The translations under genes and the position numbers were made by a program. Positions 23,348 to 34,139 of a DNA stretch of 64,000 nucleotides are shown here, in pieces. Numbering within the stretch: the first letter of the stretch is position 1; every line of letters starts with the position of its first letter. The notes below the pieces were generated by a model. That model saw only the letters and a program-made list of their open reading frames with translations. It ran no database searches and was not told the DNA's origin. The DNA comes from an uncultured Chloroflexia bacterium (GTDB taxonomy: Bacteria > Chloroflexota > Limnocylindria > Limnocylindrales > CSP1-4). The stretch lies in contig CAWGEL010000028.1 of the NCBI GenBank assembly GCA_963821595.1, positions 202,201-266,200 of the forward strand, given 5' to 3'.

Positions 23348-24361
23348 ATGAGGCTCCGGACAACGCTCGCCGCGATGGGCATGATCGCCCTCACGGCGGC
23401 GGCCTGCTCCAGCAGCTCAACCCCAGCGCCGTCTGCGGCCGCCAGCGGCGGCGGAGGAGGAATTGGCACCGCCGGGATCGGCAAGGGCCTCGACATCGAG
23501 GTCGTCACCCACGGCCAGAGCTCGGATCCCTTCTGGTCGATCTTCGTGAACGGGACGAAGCAGGCCGCGGCGGACACCGGCGCGACCGTCAACTACAACG
23601 CCCCGTCCGGGACGACGTTCGACATCAACCAGATGAACCAGCTCATCGATGCGGCGGTCGGCAAGAAGCCGGCCGGCCTGGTGGTGTCGATCCCCGACGC
23701 GAACGCCGAAGGCTCACACATCAAGGCCGCGGTCGCGGCCGGCATCCCGGTGATCTCCGCCAACTCCGGCTCCGACGTCTACGAGAGCCTGGGCATCCTG
23801 ACCCACGTCGGCCAGAACGAGGAGATCGCCGGCGAGAAGGCCGGCGCGCTCATGAAGGCGGCCGGCGTCACCAACGCCATCTGCATCAACCAGGAAGTCG
23901 GCAACGCCGGCCTCGACGCCCGCTGCAAGGGCTTCGCCACGGGCCTGGGCGGCAAGTCGACGGTGCTCCAGGTCACCCTGAGCGACCAGACCGGATCGCA
24001 GCAGAAGATCGCTGCCGCGCTCCAGGCCGATCCGACGATCAACGGCGTGATGGCTCTCGGCCCGACCGGCGCGGCGCCGGCCCTCAAGGCCCTCCAGCAG
24101 CTCAACATGGGCGCCGACAAGGTCAAGCTCGCCACCTTCGACCTGTCACAGGATGTGCTCCAGGCCATCAAGGCGGGCACCATGCTCTTCGCCATCGACC
24201 AGCAGCAGTGGCTGCAGGGCTACCTGCCCGTCGTGTTCCTCGTCTACTACCACCTCTACGGCGTGCTGCCCGGTGGCGGCCAGCCGATCCTGACCGGGCC
24301 CGGCGTCGTCGACAAGACGAACGTCGACACGGTCATCGCCAACACGGGGACGACCCGCTAG
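23348..24361 (+). CDS. Sugar ABC transporter substrate-binding lipoprotein (RbsB/LacI-type periplasmic binding fold)
   Basis: Lipoprotein signal MRLRTTLAAMGMIALTAAAC-S. AGGAGG RBS. Confidence 0.8.
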   Translation: MRLRTTLAAMGMIALTAAACSSSSTPAPSAAASGGGGGIGTAGIGKGLDIEVVTHGQSSDPFWSIFVNGTKQAAADTGATVNYNAPSGTTFDINQMNQLIDAAVGKKPAGLVVSIPDANAEGSHIKAAVAAGIPVISANSGSDVYESLGILTHVGQNEEIAGEKAGALMKAAGVTNAICINQEVGNAGLDARCKGFATGLGGKSTVLQVTLSDQTGSQQKIAAALQADPTINGVMALGPTGAAPALKALQQLNMGADKVKLATFDLSQDVLQAIKAGTMLFAIDQQQWLQGYLPVVFLVYYHLYGVLPGGGQPILTGPGVVDKTNVDTVIANTGTTR

Positions 24362-24448
24362 GCGGCCGCCGACAACGTGGAGCTCCGGTGAAGGCCGGCC
24401 GCCGAGGCGGCCGGCCTTCACTCCGCCGCGCGAGGAGGGCTCTGATCG

Positions 24449-25495
24449 ATGAGTGAGGCTTCTCCCTCGGCGCCGCCGAGCCGGCTCCGCGCCGAGGGTC
24501 GCATCCGCCGGACCGCGTCGCGACCCGAGTTCGGGGCCCTCCTCGCGGCCGTCATCGTCTACGCGGTCTTCATCCTGCTTGGCTTCGGCGGCGGGTTCCT
24601 GCGCTCGTCGGGCGTGGCCGGAACCCTGGAGATCGCGGCCCAGATCGGCATCCTGGGCGCGCCCATCACGCTCCTGATGATCGCCGGCGAGTTCGACCTG
24701 TCGCTCGGCGCGATGGCCGGCTTCACGGGCATGTTCGCGGCAATGATGATGACCCAGTACGGGCTGCCGCCCATCGTGGCGATCGGGCTGACCTTCGTCG
24801 TGGCCCTCGGCCTGGGCGCGGTCAACGGCGTGCTGGTGATCCGGACCGGCCTGCCGTCGTTCATCGTCACGCTGGCCACGCAGCTGATCCTGCGGGGCCT
24901 GACGATCGCGCTCACGCGGAGCATCACCGGCCTCACGATCGTGAGCCTGTCCCAGGACAACCAGTCAAACCCGGCCATGCAGATCTTCTCGGCCGACCTG
25001 TTCGCGATCGACACGGGCCACTTCAAGATCGAGCTCATCTGGTGGCTGGTCGTGGTCGTCATTGCTTCGTGGGTCCTGCTCCGGACCCGGTTCGGCAACT
25101 GGATCTACGCCGTTGGCGGCTCCGCCCAGGCGGCCCGCTACGTGGGCGTCCCGGTCAATCGGGTCAAGATCATGCTGTTCATGGCCACGGCCGCCGCAGC
25201 CGCGCTGTGGGCCTGCATCGTGCTCGGGCTGAACGGCAGCGCCAACGTGATCAACGGGACCAACAAGGAGTTCGAGGCGATCATCACCGCGGTCGTCGGC
25301 GGCACGCTGCTCACCGGCGGGTACGGCTCGGTCGTGGGGTCGGCGCTGGGCGCGTTCATCCTCGGCGCGACCAACCTCGGCATCTTCTACGCGGGCATCA
25401 ACACCGACTGGTACAACGTCGTCCTGGGGCTGCTGCTCCTCCTGGCGGCGCTGGTGAACACGTCCGTCCTCCGCCGCGCATCGGGGACCCGCTGA
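24449..25495 (+). CDS. Sugar ABC transporter permease (RbsC/branched-type)
   Basis: Multi-TM protein. The permease motif is around IRTGLPSFIVTLATQLILRGLTIALT. Confidence 0.85.
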   Translation: MSEASPSAPPSRLRAEGRIRRTASRPEFGALLAAVIVYAVFILLGFGGGFLRSSGVAGTLEIAAQIGILGAPITLLMIAGEFDLSLGAMAGFTGMFAAMMMTQYGLPPIVAIGLTFVVALGLGAVNGVLVIRTGLPSFIVTLATQLILRGLTIALTRSITGLTIVSLSQDNQSNPAMQIFSADLFAIDTGHFKIELIWWLVVVVIASWVLLRTRFGNWIYAVGGSAQAARYVGVPVNRVKIMLFMATAAAAALWACIVLGLNGSANVINGTNKEFEAIITAVVGGTLLTGGYGSVVGSALGAFILGATNLGIFYAGINTDWYNVVLGLLLLLAALVNTSVLRRASGTR

Positions 25496-25618
25496 TGGAC
25501 ACGCCGCTCGACGATCAGCCCATCGTGCACGACAACGCGCCGTTCACGCTCCCTGCCGAGACTGCGGCGGCCGATGCAGCGGGTGGCCGCCCGCACGCCC
25601 GGGCCGGCGGGCTCGGCC

Positions 25619-26488
<870 letters not shown>

Positions 26489-26626
26489 ACGTTCCGGCGA
26501 CGAGCCGGGGCCATCGCCCGCTCCGCGGAAGTCCGGGCGGCCTGCCGGGTGTGCGGCGCCTGGCGGCCGAGCGGCCTGCCGGCCGTGCAGCAGGCCGGCC
26601 TGCCGGCGGGCGGCCTGCCCGGCCGG

Positions 26627-27604
26627 TCAGTGCAGGACGTGGACCGGGCGGGAGGCGGCGTTCTCCACGTCGAGGGCCCGGCGATACGGTCGCGGCGCGG
26701 CGGCCGCGCGCCGCCGCACGGCAACGCGGTCGGCGACGCCGAGCAGGCCCGGGCCTTCCAGCACGCACGACGACGCCGCGGCCGCCAGGCGCAGGTCCAG
26801 GCCGTCGGCAAGCCGTCCACCGACCAGGCCCGGCCGGCGGCGGGCCGCCGCGAGCGCGGCCAGGAAGACGTCGCCCGCTCCCGTCGGGTCGACCGGCGCC
26901 GGGGCCGCGATGGCGGGATAGTGGCGCAGGTCGATGGGCCCACCAGGCGTCGCCTCCATGACCAGGCCCCCGCCTTCGCCGTGCGTCACGGCCAGCGTCG
27001 CGCCGGGCCGAAGGAGCGCACAGAGCTCGCCGAGCTCGACCCGGCGGTCGACGTCGTCGCGGCTGACGCCGACGAGGTCGGCCCGGCGCAGGATCCGGGT
27101 CTCGAACGGGCGCACGTGGCGGACCGCGACGTCCGGCTCGAGGACGCGGAGCAGGCCCTGCCAGCCCACGGCCACGAGCGCGTCCGCCGGCGGCGCGTCG
27201 GCCCAGGCGTCCGGCAGCTCGGCGGCGACGGGGGCCAGGATCCAGCCGCGCGCGGCCGCCCAGGCGGCCGGGAGCGCGGACGTCGGCACCGGCTCGGACG
27301 GGCCGCCGGAGAACTGCAGCCGGCCTTCGGGCCGCTCGATGTTCTGGAAGACCGGGCCCCGCGCGATCGGCGCCAGGACCACCTCCACGCCGGCCTCGCG
27401 GAGCAGGTCCAGCTCGGACGCCGTGGCCGCCTCGGCGTCCACGCCGACCAGGGCGCCGGTGCGGACGCCCAGCTTCGCCACGGTGAGCGCCGAGTAGGCG
27501 ACGCCGCCACCCAGGCGCCAGCCGCGGGGGTCGTCGTCGGCCAGGTCCCGGGCGGCCGCGCCGACCACCACGATCTCGGGCACGGCCCGCTGTCTCGCTG
27601 TCAT
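26627..27604 (-). CDS. PfkB-family carbohydrate/nucleoside kinase (ribokinase-like)
   Basis: N-terminal IVVVGAAARDL. Catalytic motif DPTGAGDVFLAALAAA. The ATG overlaps the ychF TGA. Confidence 0.75.
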   Translation of the reverse strand: MTARQRAVPEIVVVGAAARDLADDDPRGWRLGGGVAYSALTVAKLGVRTGALVGVDAEAATASELDLLREAGVEVVLAPIARGPVFQNIERPEGRLQFSGGPSEPVPTSALPAAWAAARGWILAPVAAELPDAWADAPPADALVAVGWQGLLRVLEPDVAVRHVRPFETRILRRADLVGVSRDDVDRRVELGELCALLRPGATLAVTHGEGGGLVMEATPGGPIDLRHYPAIAAPAPVDPTGAGDVFLAALAAARRRPGLVGGRLADGLDLRLAAAASSCVLEGPGLLGVADRVAVRRRAAAAPRPYRRALDVENAASRPVHVLH

Positions 27605-28706
27605 TTGGAGAACAGGATCTCGATGACGTCGCCGTCGTGGACGCGATAGGTCCGCCCTTCGGACCGGAGCTTGCCGTGGCGGCGCGCCTCGGCCGTCGAG
27701 CCCAGCGCCACGCAGGTCCTCGTAGGCGACCGTCTCGGCGCGGATGAAGCCCCGGGCGAGGTCGGTGTGGATGGCGGCCGCGGCATCGACCGCCGTCGCG
27801 CCGTCGTGGACCGGCCAGGCCCGCACTTCGTCGGGACCGGCGGTCAGGAACGAGACCAGGCCGAGCAGCCGGTACGACAGGCGGATGACCCGGTCGAGCG
27901 ACGATTCGACGATGCCGAGCTCGGCCGCGAAGACGGCCGCCTCGTCGGGCTCGAGCTGGCCCAGCTCCATCTCGATGCGGGCGGACAGCGAGTCGACCAT
28001 CGTGTGCCCGTGCTCGTCACGGCGGGTCAGCTCGGCGACGAGCGCCGGCGCCGCGGGCGATGTCGCTCTCGCCGACGTTGAGCAGCACCAGGACTGGCTT
28101 CTGCGAGAGGAAGCGGAAGCCGCGCAGCGCCTTTTCCTCGTCGGGATCGATGGCCGCGTCGCGCAACGGCCGCCCCGCGGCCAGGTCCGGCCGCAGGCGC
28201 TCCAGCAGCGCCTGCTCGCGCTCGTTCGATTCCCGTTCCGCGGGGGTGCCGTGGCGGCCGCTGCCCCGCAGGCGCTCCAGGCGGCGGTCCATCACGGCCA
28301 GGTCGGCCAGGACGAACTCGAGCTCCAGCTGCTCGACGTCGCGGGCAGGATCGACCGAGCCGGACGGATGGGGCACGGCCGGGTCGTCCCAAGCCCGGAC
28401 GACGTGGAGCAGGGCGTCGGCGTCGCGCAGCCGGGCGAGGTGCTCCGCCGGCAGGTCCTCCGTCCCGACGTGACCCTCCGACGACGCCGGCGGCGCGGGC
28501 AGGTCCACGTACGTGACGTCGGCGTGCACGATCCGCTTCGGATGGAAGATGCTGGCCAGGCGGTCCAGGCGCGCGTCGGGGACCTTGACGACGCCGACGT
28601 GGAGCTCCATCCCGCCGAAGCCGCCGGTCTGGACGTCGCCCCGTGTCAGGGTGTTGAAGACGGTCGTCTTGCCCGACCCGGCGAGGCCGACGATGGCGAT
28701 CTGCAT
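27601..28706 (-). CDS. ychF: Ribosome-binding ATPase YchF; two apparent frameshifts near 28000-28020 and 27700-27790
   Basis: G1 motif MQIAIVGLAGSGKTTVFNTLT. Middle region. TGS domain IHTDLARGFIRAETVAYEDL. C-terminal tail GKLRSEGRTYRVHDGDVIEILFSK in a third frame. Confidence 0.8.
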
Positions 28707-28711
28707 GCGGC

Positions 28712-29740
28712 CTAGTATCCGGCCCCCGGATCAACGGCGTTGACGAGCGGCGCGCCCGCCGCGAACCGGCGCAGGTTCTCGCAGAACAGGTCGATGCTCG
28801 CGTCCAGGACGCGGGTGCTCGACCAGGAGGTCAGGGGCGTGACGATGACGTTCGGCAGCTCGTAGAACGGGGACGCCGCCGGCAGGGGCTCCTCGGCGAA
28901 CGTGTCGAGGACGGCGCCGCCGATCGAGCCCGCGCCGAGCGCGCGCAGGAGAGCCGGCTCGTCGACGAGCCGACCGCGCGCCACGTTGACCAGCCAGGCC
29001 GTCCGCTTCATCCGCGCCAGGGCCGCCGCGTCCACCAGGCGCTCCGTGTCGGCGGTCAGGGGCAGCGCCAGGATCACGAAGTCCGCCGCTGCCAGGACCT
29101 CCGGCAGTGACTCTGGCCCGAGCACCTGCACGTTCGGGGGCAGCGGCGGTTCGTCGGCCCGGGGTGCGGCGTCCCGGCGCACCGCGAGGATGCGGCAGCC
29201 GAACGGCGCGGCGAGATCGGCGATGGCCCGCCCGATGCTGCCGAAGCCGACCATGCCGAGGGTCACGTCGCGCAGCTCGCGGCCCTCGAGCGGTTGCCAC
29301 GTCCGCTCCGCCTGGAGCGTCAGCAGCTCGGGCAGCCGCCGGCTCACGGCCAGCACCATCATCAGCACGTACTCCGCGACCGGCCGCGAGAAGACGCCCC
29401 GGGCGTTGGTGAAGGCAATGCCGCGCGAGGCCGCGGCCGGCACCAGCAGTCGCTCGACGCCGACCGACGCCGAGTGGATCCAGCGCAGGTGCGGGGCCCT
29501 GGCCAGCAGGCGCTCGTAGGCATCGTCGGCCAGCCAGCCGTGCAGGAGGACCTCCACGTCGTCGAGCGGGCCCTGGGCGAGACCCTCGGGTGACACGCTC
29601 ACGAGGCGCGCCCAGGGCGCGGCGGCCCGGATCCGCTCGAGATGCTCGGGCCGGTACCGCGCCGAGAGGATGGGCGTCAGGGCCACCCCCGCGACGCCAC
29701 GGCCGGCGCCCTCGACGGTGCGGCCGGCGTCCGCGGTCAT
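28712..29740 (-). CDS. D-isomer-specific 2-hydroxyacid dehydrogenase (NAD-binding)
   Basis: GMVGFGSIGRAIA...WLVNVARGRLVD...GAVLDTFAEEP. The ATG overlaps the TGA of the upstream gene. Confidence 0.8.
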   Translation of the reverse strand: MTADAGRTVEGAGRGVAGVALTPILSARYRPEHLERIRAAAPWARLVSVSPEGLAQGPLDDVEVLLHGWLADDAYERLLARAPHLRWIHSASVGVERLLVPAAASRGIAFTNARGVFSRPVAEYVLMMVLAVSRRLPELLTLQAERTWQPLEGRELRDVTLGMVGFGSIGRAIADLAAPFGCRILAVRRDAAPRADEPPLPPNVQVLGPESLPEVLAAADFVILALPLTADTERLVDAAALARMKRTAWLVNVARGRLVDEPALLRALGAGSIGGAVLDTFAEEPLPAASPFYELPNVIVTPLTSWSSTRVLDASIDLFCENLRRFAAGAPLVNAVDPGAGY

Positions 29741-31011
29741 GCCGGCTTTCCCACGACGCGGCGAACCCAGCGGCCGGGCTGGTCCAGCTCGTCCTCCCGG
29801 GGCAGGGCGTCCGGGCCGTCCCAGAGACGGCGCAGGGCCTCCGGGCCGCCCTCCCGCTCGACGCCGGCGACGAAACGCTCGCCGCGCGCGTACTGCTCGA
29901 ACTTGAGGTCGAGGCCGGTGATCCGCAGGATCGCCCGCTCCATCGGGGCCCGGTGCACCCGTCGCGCGTGGAAGCGCGCGCTGATCGCCTCGACGCCGGG
30001 GACCAGGCCGACGCCGGCCCGGTCCATGACATGGTCGCCGAAGCCCTCCAGCAGGCTCATCACCACCTGCGTCTCGCGGAAGAGGCGGCGCTGCTCGTCG
30101 GGCATGATGCGCTCGATCCAGTGGCCCTCGCCGCGGATCGCGCTGCGCAGGATGCGGCCGGCGTCGCGGCCGAGTGACGTCGTCGAGCGCGAGAGTCCGT
30201 GCAGCTGCGCCTCGAGGCGCTCGGCCAGGTACGGCCGCAGCCAGGGGTGGGCCTCGAATTCGAAGGCGTGGGTGGTCTCATGGAGCGCGATCCACGTGCG
30301 GAACGGGTCCAGCTCCACGCCGAGCGCGGCCGCCGTCGCCCGGATGTTCTCGTCGACGAACAGGAGCTGCCCGGGCTCGGCCTCCGCGGAGAGCAGGGCC
30401 AGGTCGTACTGGCCGAGCACGCGCTGGCCGAGGAAGCCCAGCAGGTAGCCGAGCTGGCGGGTCGTGAACCAGCGGTTGGCCAGCGCCAGGCTGGCCTTGG
30501 CAAGGCCCGCACCCGGCGGCACCAGCTGATCGAGCACGTCGGATTCGAGCTGGTCGAACAGGCTCGAGAAGGTGGCCAGGTTCGCCCGCAGCCAGCCGGC
30601 CCGGTCCACGACGCTGACGCGCTCGACGATGCCCGGCAGGTCCGTCCCCAGCGTCTCCTCCAGCGCGGGCACGACCTTCGCCATCGCCGCCCGGTAGACG
30701 GGCGTGGCGGCCGCGACCTCCCAGGCAGGGAGCGAGCCCGGCGCATGGCGGAGGCGGGCCTCGGCCTGCCTGGCCACCGCGTTCCAGTCCACGAGGCCTT
30801 CCCGCGCACGGGCCTCGGCCCGCTGGCCCAGCACGGTCACGGCCGCCCCGACCGCGGCGCCGACGAGGAAGCCGGCCTGCCAGAGGCGGCCGCTGCCACC
30901 CTCCGGGCCGCTGCCACCCACGGGGCCGCTGCCTCCCTCCGGGCCGCCCGGGTCGCGCCGGTTCGCCTGCCGCGCCGGCCCGCGGCGCTGGCTCGGGCGG
31001 GCCGCGTTCAC
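29737..31011 (-). CDS. DUF2342-type zincin-like metallopeptidase (HExxH) with an N-terminal Gly-rich repeat and a hydrophobic anchor
   Basis: HExxH motif ALHETTHAFEFEAHPW. N-terminal ...GGPEGGSGPVGGSGPEGGSGRLWQAGFLVGAAVGAAVTVLG. The GTG overlaps the murI TGA. Confidence 0.65.
   Translation of the reverse strand: MNAARPSQRRGPARQANRRDPGGPEGGSGPVGGSGPEGGSGRLWQAGFLVGAAVGAAVTVLGQRAEARAREGLVDWNAVARQAEARLRHAPGSLPAWEVAAATPVYRAAMAKVVPALEETLGTDLPGIVERVSVVDRAGWLRANLATFSSLFDQLESDVLDQLVPPGAGLAKASLALANRWFTTRQLGYLLGFLGQRVLGQYDLALLSAEAEPGQLLFVDENIRATAAALGVELDPFRTWIALHETTHAFEFEAHPWLRPYLAERLEAQLHGLSRSTTSLGRDAGRILRSAIRGEGHWIERIMPDEQRRLFRETQVVMSLLEGFGDHVMDRAGVGLVPGVEAISARFHARRVHRAPMERAILRITGLDLKFEQYARGERFVAGVEREGGPEALRRLWDGPDALPREDELDQPGRWVRRVVGKPA
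30887..30940. repeat. Imperfect 18-bp tandem repeat, 3 copies, encoding GPxGGS units in the DUF2342 N-terminus
   Basis: GGCCGCTGCCACCCTCCG / GGCCGCTGCCACCCACGG / GGCCGCTGCCTCCCTCCG. Confidence 0.6.
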
Positions 31012-31929
31012 CGGGTGGCCGCCACGAGCTCGACGCTCTCCGCCGCCGGGAACGCCTCGCCGAAGAGCCGGGTCACCAGGGCCTGGAAGCGGCCCAGGTC
31101 GCCGGTCGTGAGGAGACGTCTGGTCGGCGGCGAAGCCCGGATCGTCGGGGGCTCGTGGCCGGCGCGGCCGGCATCGGCCGCCGTGCCGCGGGTCGTGCCG
31201 GGCGCCTCCAGTCCGTTGACCGAGAGGAGCTCGGCCAGGGCCCCGGCGGTGGCCGCGGCCGAAATCGACGACCGCGACCGAGTCCCCCACCGCGGCCTGG
31301 ATCACCGACCGAAGAAGCGGGTAGTGGGTGCACCCGAGGAGCATGGTGTCGATGCGCGCCGACGGCGGCAGCGGATGGATGAACTCGCCATCGACGCCGC
31401 GCCGCCCGAGCAGTGGGGCCAGGGCCTCGGCCACGCTGGCCTCCGCCGCCGGGCCCGCGAGGTGACCGGCCTCCACGAGGGGCACCAGCGCCGGCGTCGC
31501 GTGCTCGTACACCTCGACGGCCGGGTTCTCCTCCTTGATGGCATCGAAGTAGGCATGGGAGCGGATGGTCGCCGGCGTCGCGATGACGCCGACGCGACGC
31601 GTCCGCGTGGCGAGCGCGGCGGCCTGCGCGCCAGGCCGGATCACGCCGAGGACCGGCAGGTCGTAGCGGCGGCGGTAGTCGCCCAGGGCCACCGCCGTGG
31701 ACGTGTTGCAGGCGACGACCAGGGCCTTCACGTTCTCGGCGGCGAGGCGGTCGAGGCACTCCGTCGAGAACCGCCGGACCTCGTCGTCCGACCTGACGCC
31801 GTACGGTGCGCGCGCGTTGTCGCCCAGGTAGACCAGGCTCTCATGCGGTGAGCGCCGGAGGACCTCGCGCAGCACGGTCAGCCCGCCGACCCCCGAGTCG
31901 AAGACGCCGATTGGCCGCGCATCCGCCAT
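31008..31929 (-). CDS. murI: Glutamate racemase; apparent frameshift near 31255
   Basis: IGVFDSGVGGLTVLREV...LVVACNTSTA...LLGCTHYPLL...VVDFG, then the tail SAAATAGALAELL...TTGD...VELVAATR in the adjacent frame. Confidence 0.75.
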
Positions 31930-31934
31930 CGCGG

Positions 31935-33110
31935 TCAGCGGTGCGCTCCAGCTGCGACGGGCCGGCCGGCGGCGAGTCCGTGGGCGATCCGGGCGACGTC
32001 CTGGCTGATCGGCGCATCCGGCTGGGCAAGCACGAACGGCACGCCCTCGTTATTGCACTGCACGACCAGGCGCCCGTCCGACACGACGGTCCACTCGGGC
32101 GTCCGGCCGAGCGCCCGCGCCAGGTCGTCGGGATGGAGGCCGCCCGGCGAGTCGGAGCGGTTGACCAGGTACTGAACCTTGCCCGGTGGGTAGCCGATCG
32201 CCCGGAAGGCATCGGCAACGGCCAGGGTGTTGCGAATGGTCGTCGAGTCGTAGGTCACGATCTGGAGGATGGCGTCGGCCGCGTCGAGGATCGCCAGGGT
32301 GACGTCGCTCAGGGCCATGGGCATGTCCACGACGACGGCCGAGTAGACGCGGCGGAGCAGGGAGAGCACCTTGTCGACGTCGCGGACGGTCACCATCTCG
32401 GCCAGCTCGACGCGCGGCGGCGCGAGCAGGATGTCGATGCCCGATGGATCGCGCCAGAGGACGTCGGCCAGGTCCAATTCGCCGATCCGGTCGGTCGGCA
32501 GGTCGAGGATCGACGGCGCGTCGACCGGCACCTTGAGGAGCGACCGCAGGTCGCCGAACTGGAGGCTGCCATCGACCAGCACGGTCCGCTCGCCCACCTG
32601 TCCCAGCGCAACCGCGAGGTTGAACGCCAGCGTGGTCTTGCCGACGCCGCCTTTCGGAGCGAACACCGCCACCATCCTCGACTGGCGGGTGCGGTCGTCG
32701 TTGGCGGCCGTCTTGTGGACGCTCGTGATGAGGTTGACGAGCTCGAAGCCCGAGAAGGGCATCGCCAGGACGGCGGCGATGTCGGCGTGCTCGTCGCGGC
32801 TGACCGGGCTCTGGGGAACCGTCAGCACGACCACCGGGATGCCCAGTCCGGACGCGGCGATCTGCTCGATGACACGGTTGCCCTTGACCCGCCCCTGGAG
32901 CAGCCAGTCCACGATCACGATGTCGGGACGGAGCTGCTGCACCTGGGCCACGGCCCGCCCGCCGTCCGTGACCACGTCGATGAGCTTGATCGCCTGCTGG
33001 GCGTTGAGCAGGCCGCGAACGTACTGCGCGACCTGGGGCACGTCCTCGACGAGGAGCAATCGAATCTGGCTCTGGCTTCCGGGCATCGCGACCGACGATA
33101 CCACGCTCAC
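31935..33110 (-). CDS. Response-regulator receiver domain fused to a MinD/ParA-type ATPase (CpaE/Ssd-like), paralog 2
   Basis: IRLLLVEDVPQ and IVIVDWLL. Walker A MVAVFAPKGGVGKTTLAFNLA. Same architecture as 910..2124. The GTG overlaps the methyltransferase TGA. Confidence 0.8.
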   Translation of the reverse strand: MSVVSSVAMPGSQSQIRLLLVEDVPQVAQYVRGLLNAQQAIKLIDVVTDGGRAVAQVQQLRPDIVIVDWLLQGRVKGNRVIEQIAASGLGIPVVVLTVPQSPVSRDEHADIAAVLAMPFSGFELVNLITSVHKTAANDDRTRQSRMVAVFAPKGGVGKTTLAFNLAVALGQVGERTVLVDGSLQFGDLRSLLKVPVDAPSILDLPTDRIGELDLADVLWRDPSGIDILLAPPRVELAEMVTVRDVDKVLSLLRRVYSAVVVDMPMALSDVTLAILDAADAILQIVTYDSTTIRNTLAVADAFRAIGYPPGKVQYLVNRSDSPGGLHPDDLARALGRTPEWTVVSDGRLVVQCNNEGVPFVLAQPDAPISQDVARIAHGLAAGRPVAAGAHR

Positions 33111-34093
33111 CCGGCCACTCCGCGACGGCCCGTGCGGGGGGGTGCCCCAGTGGGACTGTCGGCGGGACCTTCGGCTCCGCCGGGCCGCCGACGGCCTCGC
33201 CGTCCCGGCCCGCCCGGCTTCCTCGCCAGCACCACGGCGCGCTCGCCGTGGGGCCCCAGCGGCTCCAGGTCGTACCCGCCGGCCACGAGCTCGACCTCGA
33301 GGCCGGCCGCGCTTGCACCGGCGCGCAACTCGTCGGCGCCGGCGAGCCGGACCATGTCGCGACGGATCCAGCGGACCGGCGGCTCGCCCGGATCGCCCTC
33401 GTCGTAGAACGTCGTCAGGGCGATGGTCTGGGTCGCCGGATCGTGCTGGGCGGCCGCGGTCTTGGCGACCCAGCGACCCGAAAGGGTATCGGGACGGACG
33501 TACTCGACGTGGAGCTGGCCGTCGTAGCGGGCAAGGTCGTGGGCGTCAGGCAGCCACGCGTCGACGGCCGCCAGGCCGCCCGGGGCCAGGTGCGCGGTGA
33601 GCGTCTCCCAGGCCGCCCGCTGGGCCGCGGCCGTGCGCAGGAGCAGGATCGAGTTCAGGGCGATGAAGGCGAGCCGGAAGCGGGGCTCGCCCGGCAGTCG
33701 CACCGAGGTGGCGTCGCCGTGGACGAGGTCCAGCCTCGCCTCGACGTCGCGACCGGCCATGGCGGCCCGGCGCCGGGCGCGCGCAAGCATCGCCGGGTCG
33801 AGGTCCACCGCCGCGACGTGGAAGCCCTCCTGTGCCAGTGGCACCGCGACGCGGCCCGTGCCGGCCATGAGCTCGAGCACGGGGCCGCCAGTCCGGGCGG
33901 CCAGCGCGAGCCACAGGTCCAGGTCGCCGGGGTCGTCCTGGAGGTCGAGGTCGTACAGGCGGGCGAGCGCGTCGGCGAGCGGCTCGGGCGCGGCGGGCTC
34001 ACCGGCGGGCTCGCCGCCGGCGGGCTCGTCGCCGGCGGGCTGGTCGCCGCCCGGAGAGGACCTGCCGCCGGAGGATCGTCGGCCCGCTGCCAT
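33107..34093 (-). CDS. Class-I SAM-dependent methyltransferase
   Basis: Motif I VLELMAGTGRVAVPLA. Post-I FHVAAVDLDPAML. The N-terminal 40 aa are low-complexity, so the exact start is uncertain. Confidence 0.65.
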   Translation of the reverse strand: MAAGRRSSGGRSSPGGDQPAGDEPAGGEPAGEPAAPEPLADALARLYDLDLQDDPGDLDLWLALAARTGGPVLELMAGTGRVAVPLAQEGFHVAAVDLDPAMLARARRRAAMAGRDVEARLDLVHGDATSVRLPGEPRFRLAFIALNSILLLRTAAAQRAAWETLTAHLAPGGLAAVDAWLPDAHDLARYDGQLHVEYVRPDTLSGRWVAKTAAAQHDPATQTIALTTFYDEGDPGEPPVRWIRRDMVRLAGADELRAGASAAGLEVELVAGGYDLEPLGPHGERAVVLARKPGGPGRRGRRRPGGAEGPADSPTGAPPRTGRRGVAG

Positions 34094-34139
34094 GCCGTGG
34101 ATTGTCGCCGACCGTCGCGCTCCGCGGGAGGCGGGCGCG

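Noticed and set aside
25495-25618. 41-codon N-terminal extension of the ABC ATPase from the ATG that overlaps the permease stop
   Set aside because: It is in a different frame from the Walker A-containing ORF and would need yet another frameshift. The conventional start at 25619 gives a normal-length protein. It is kept as an alternative in the feature note.
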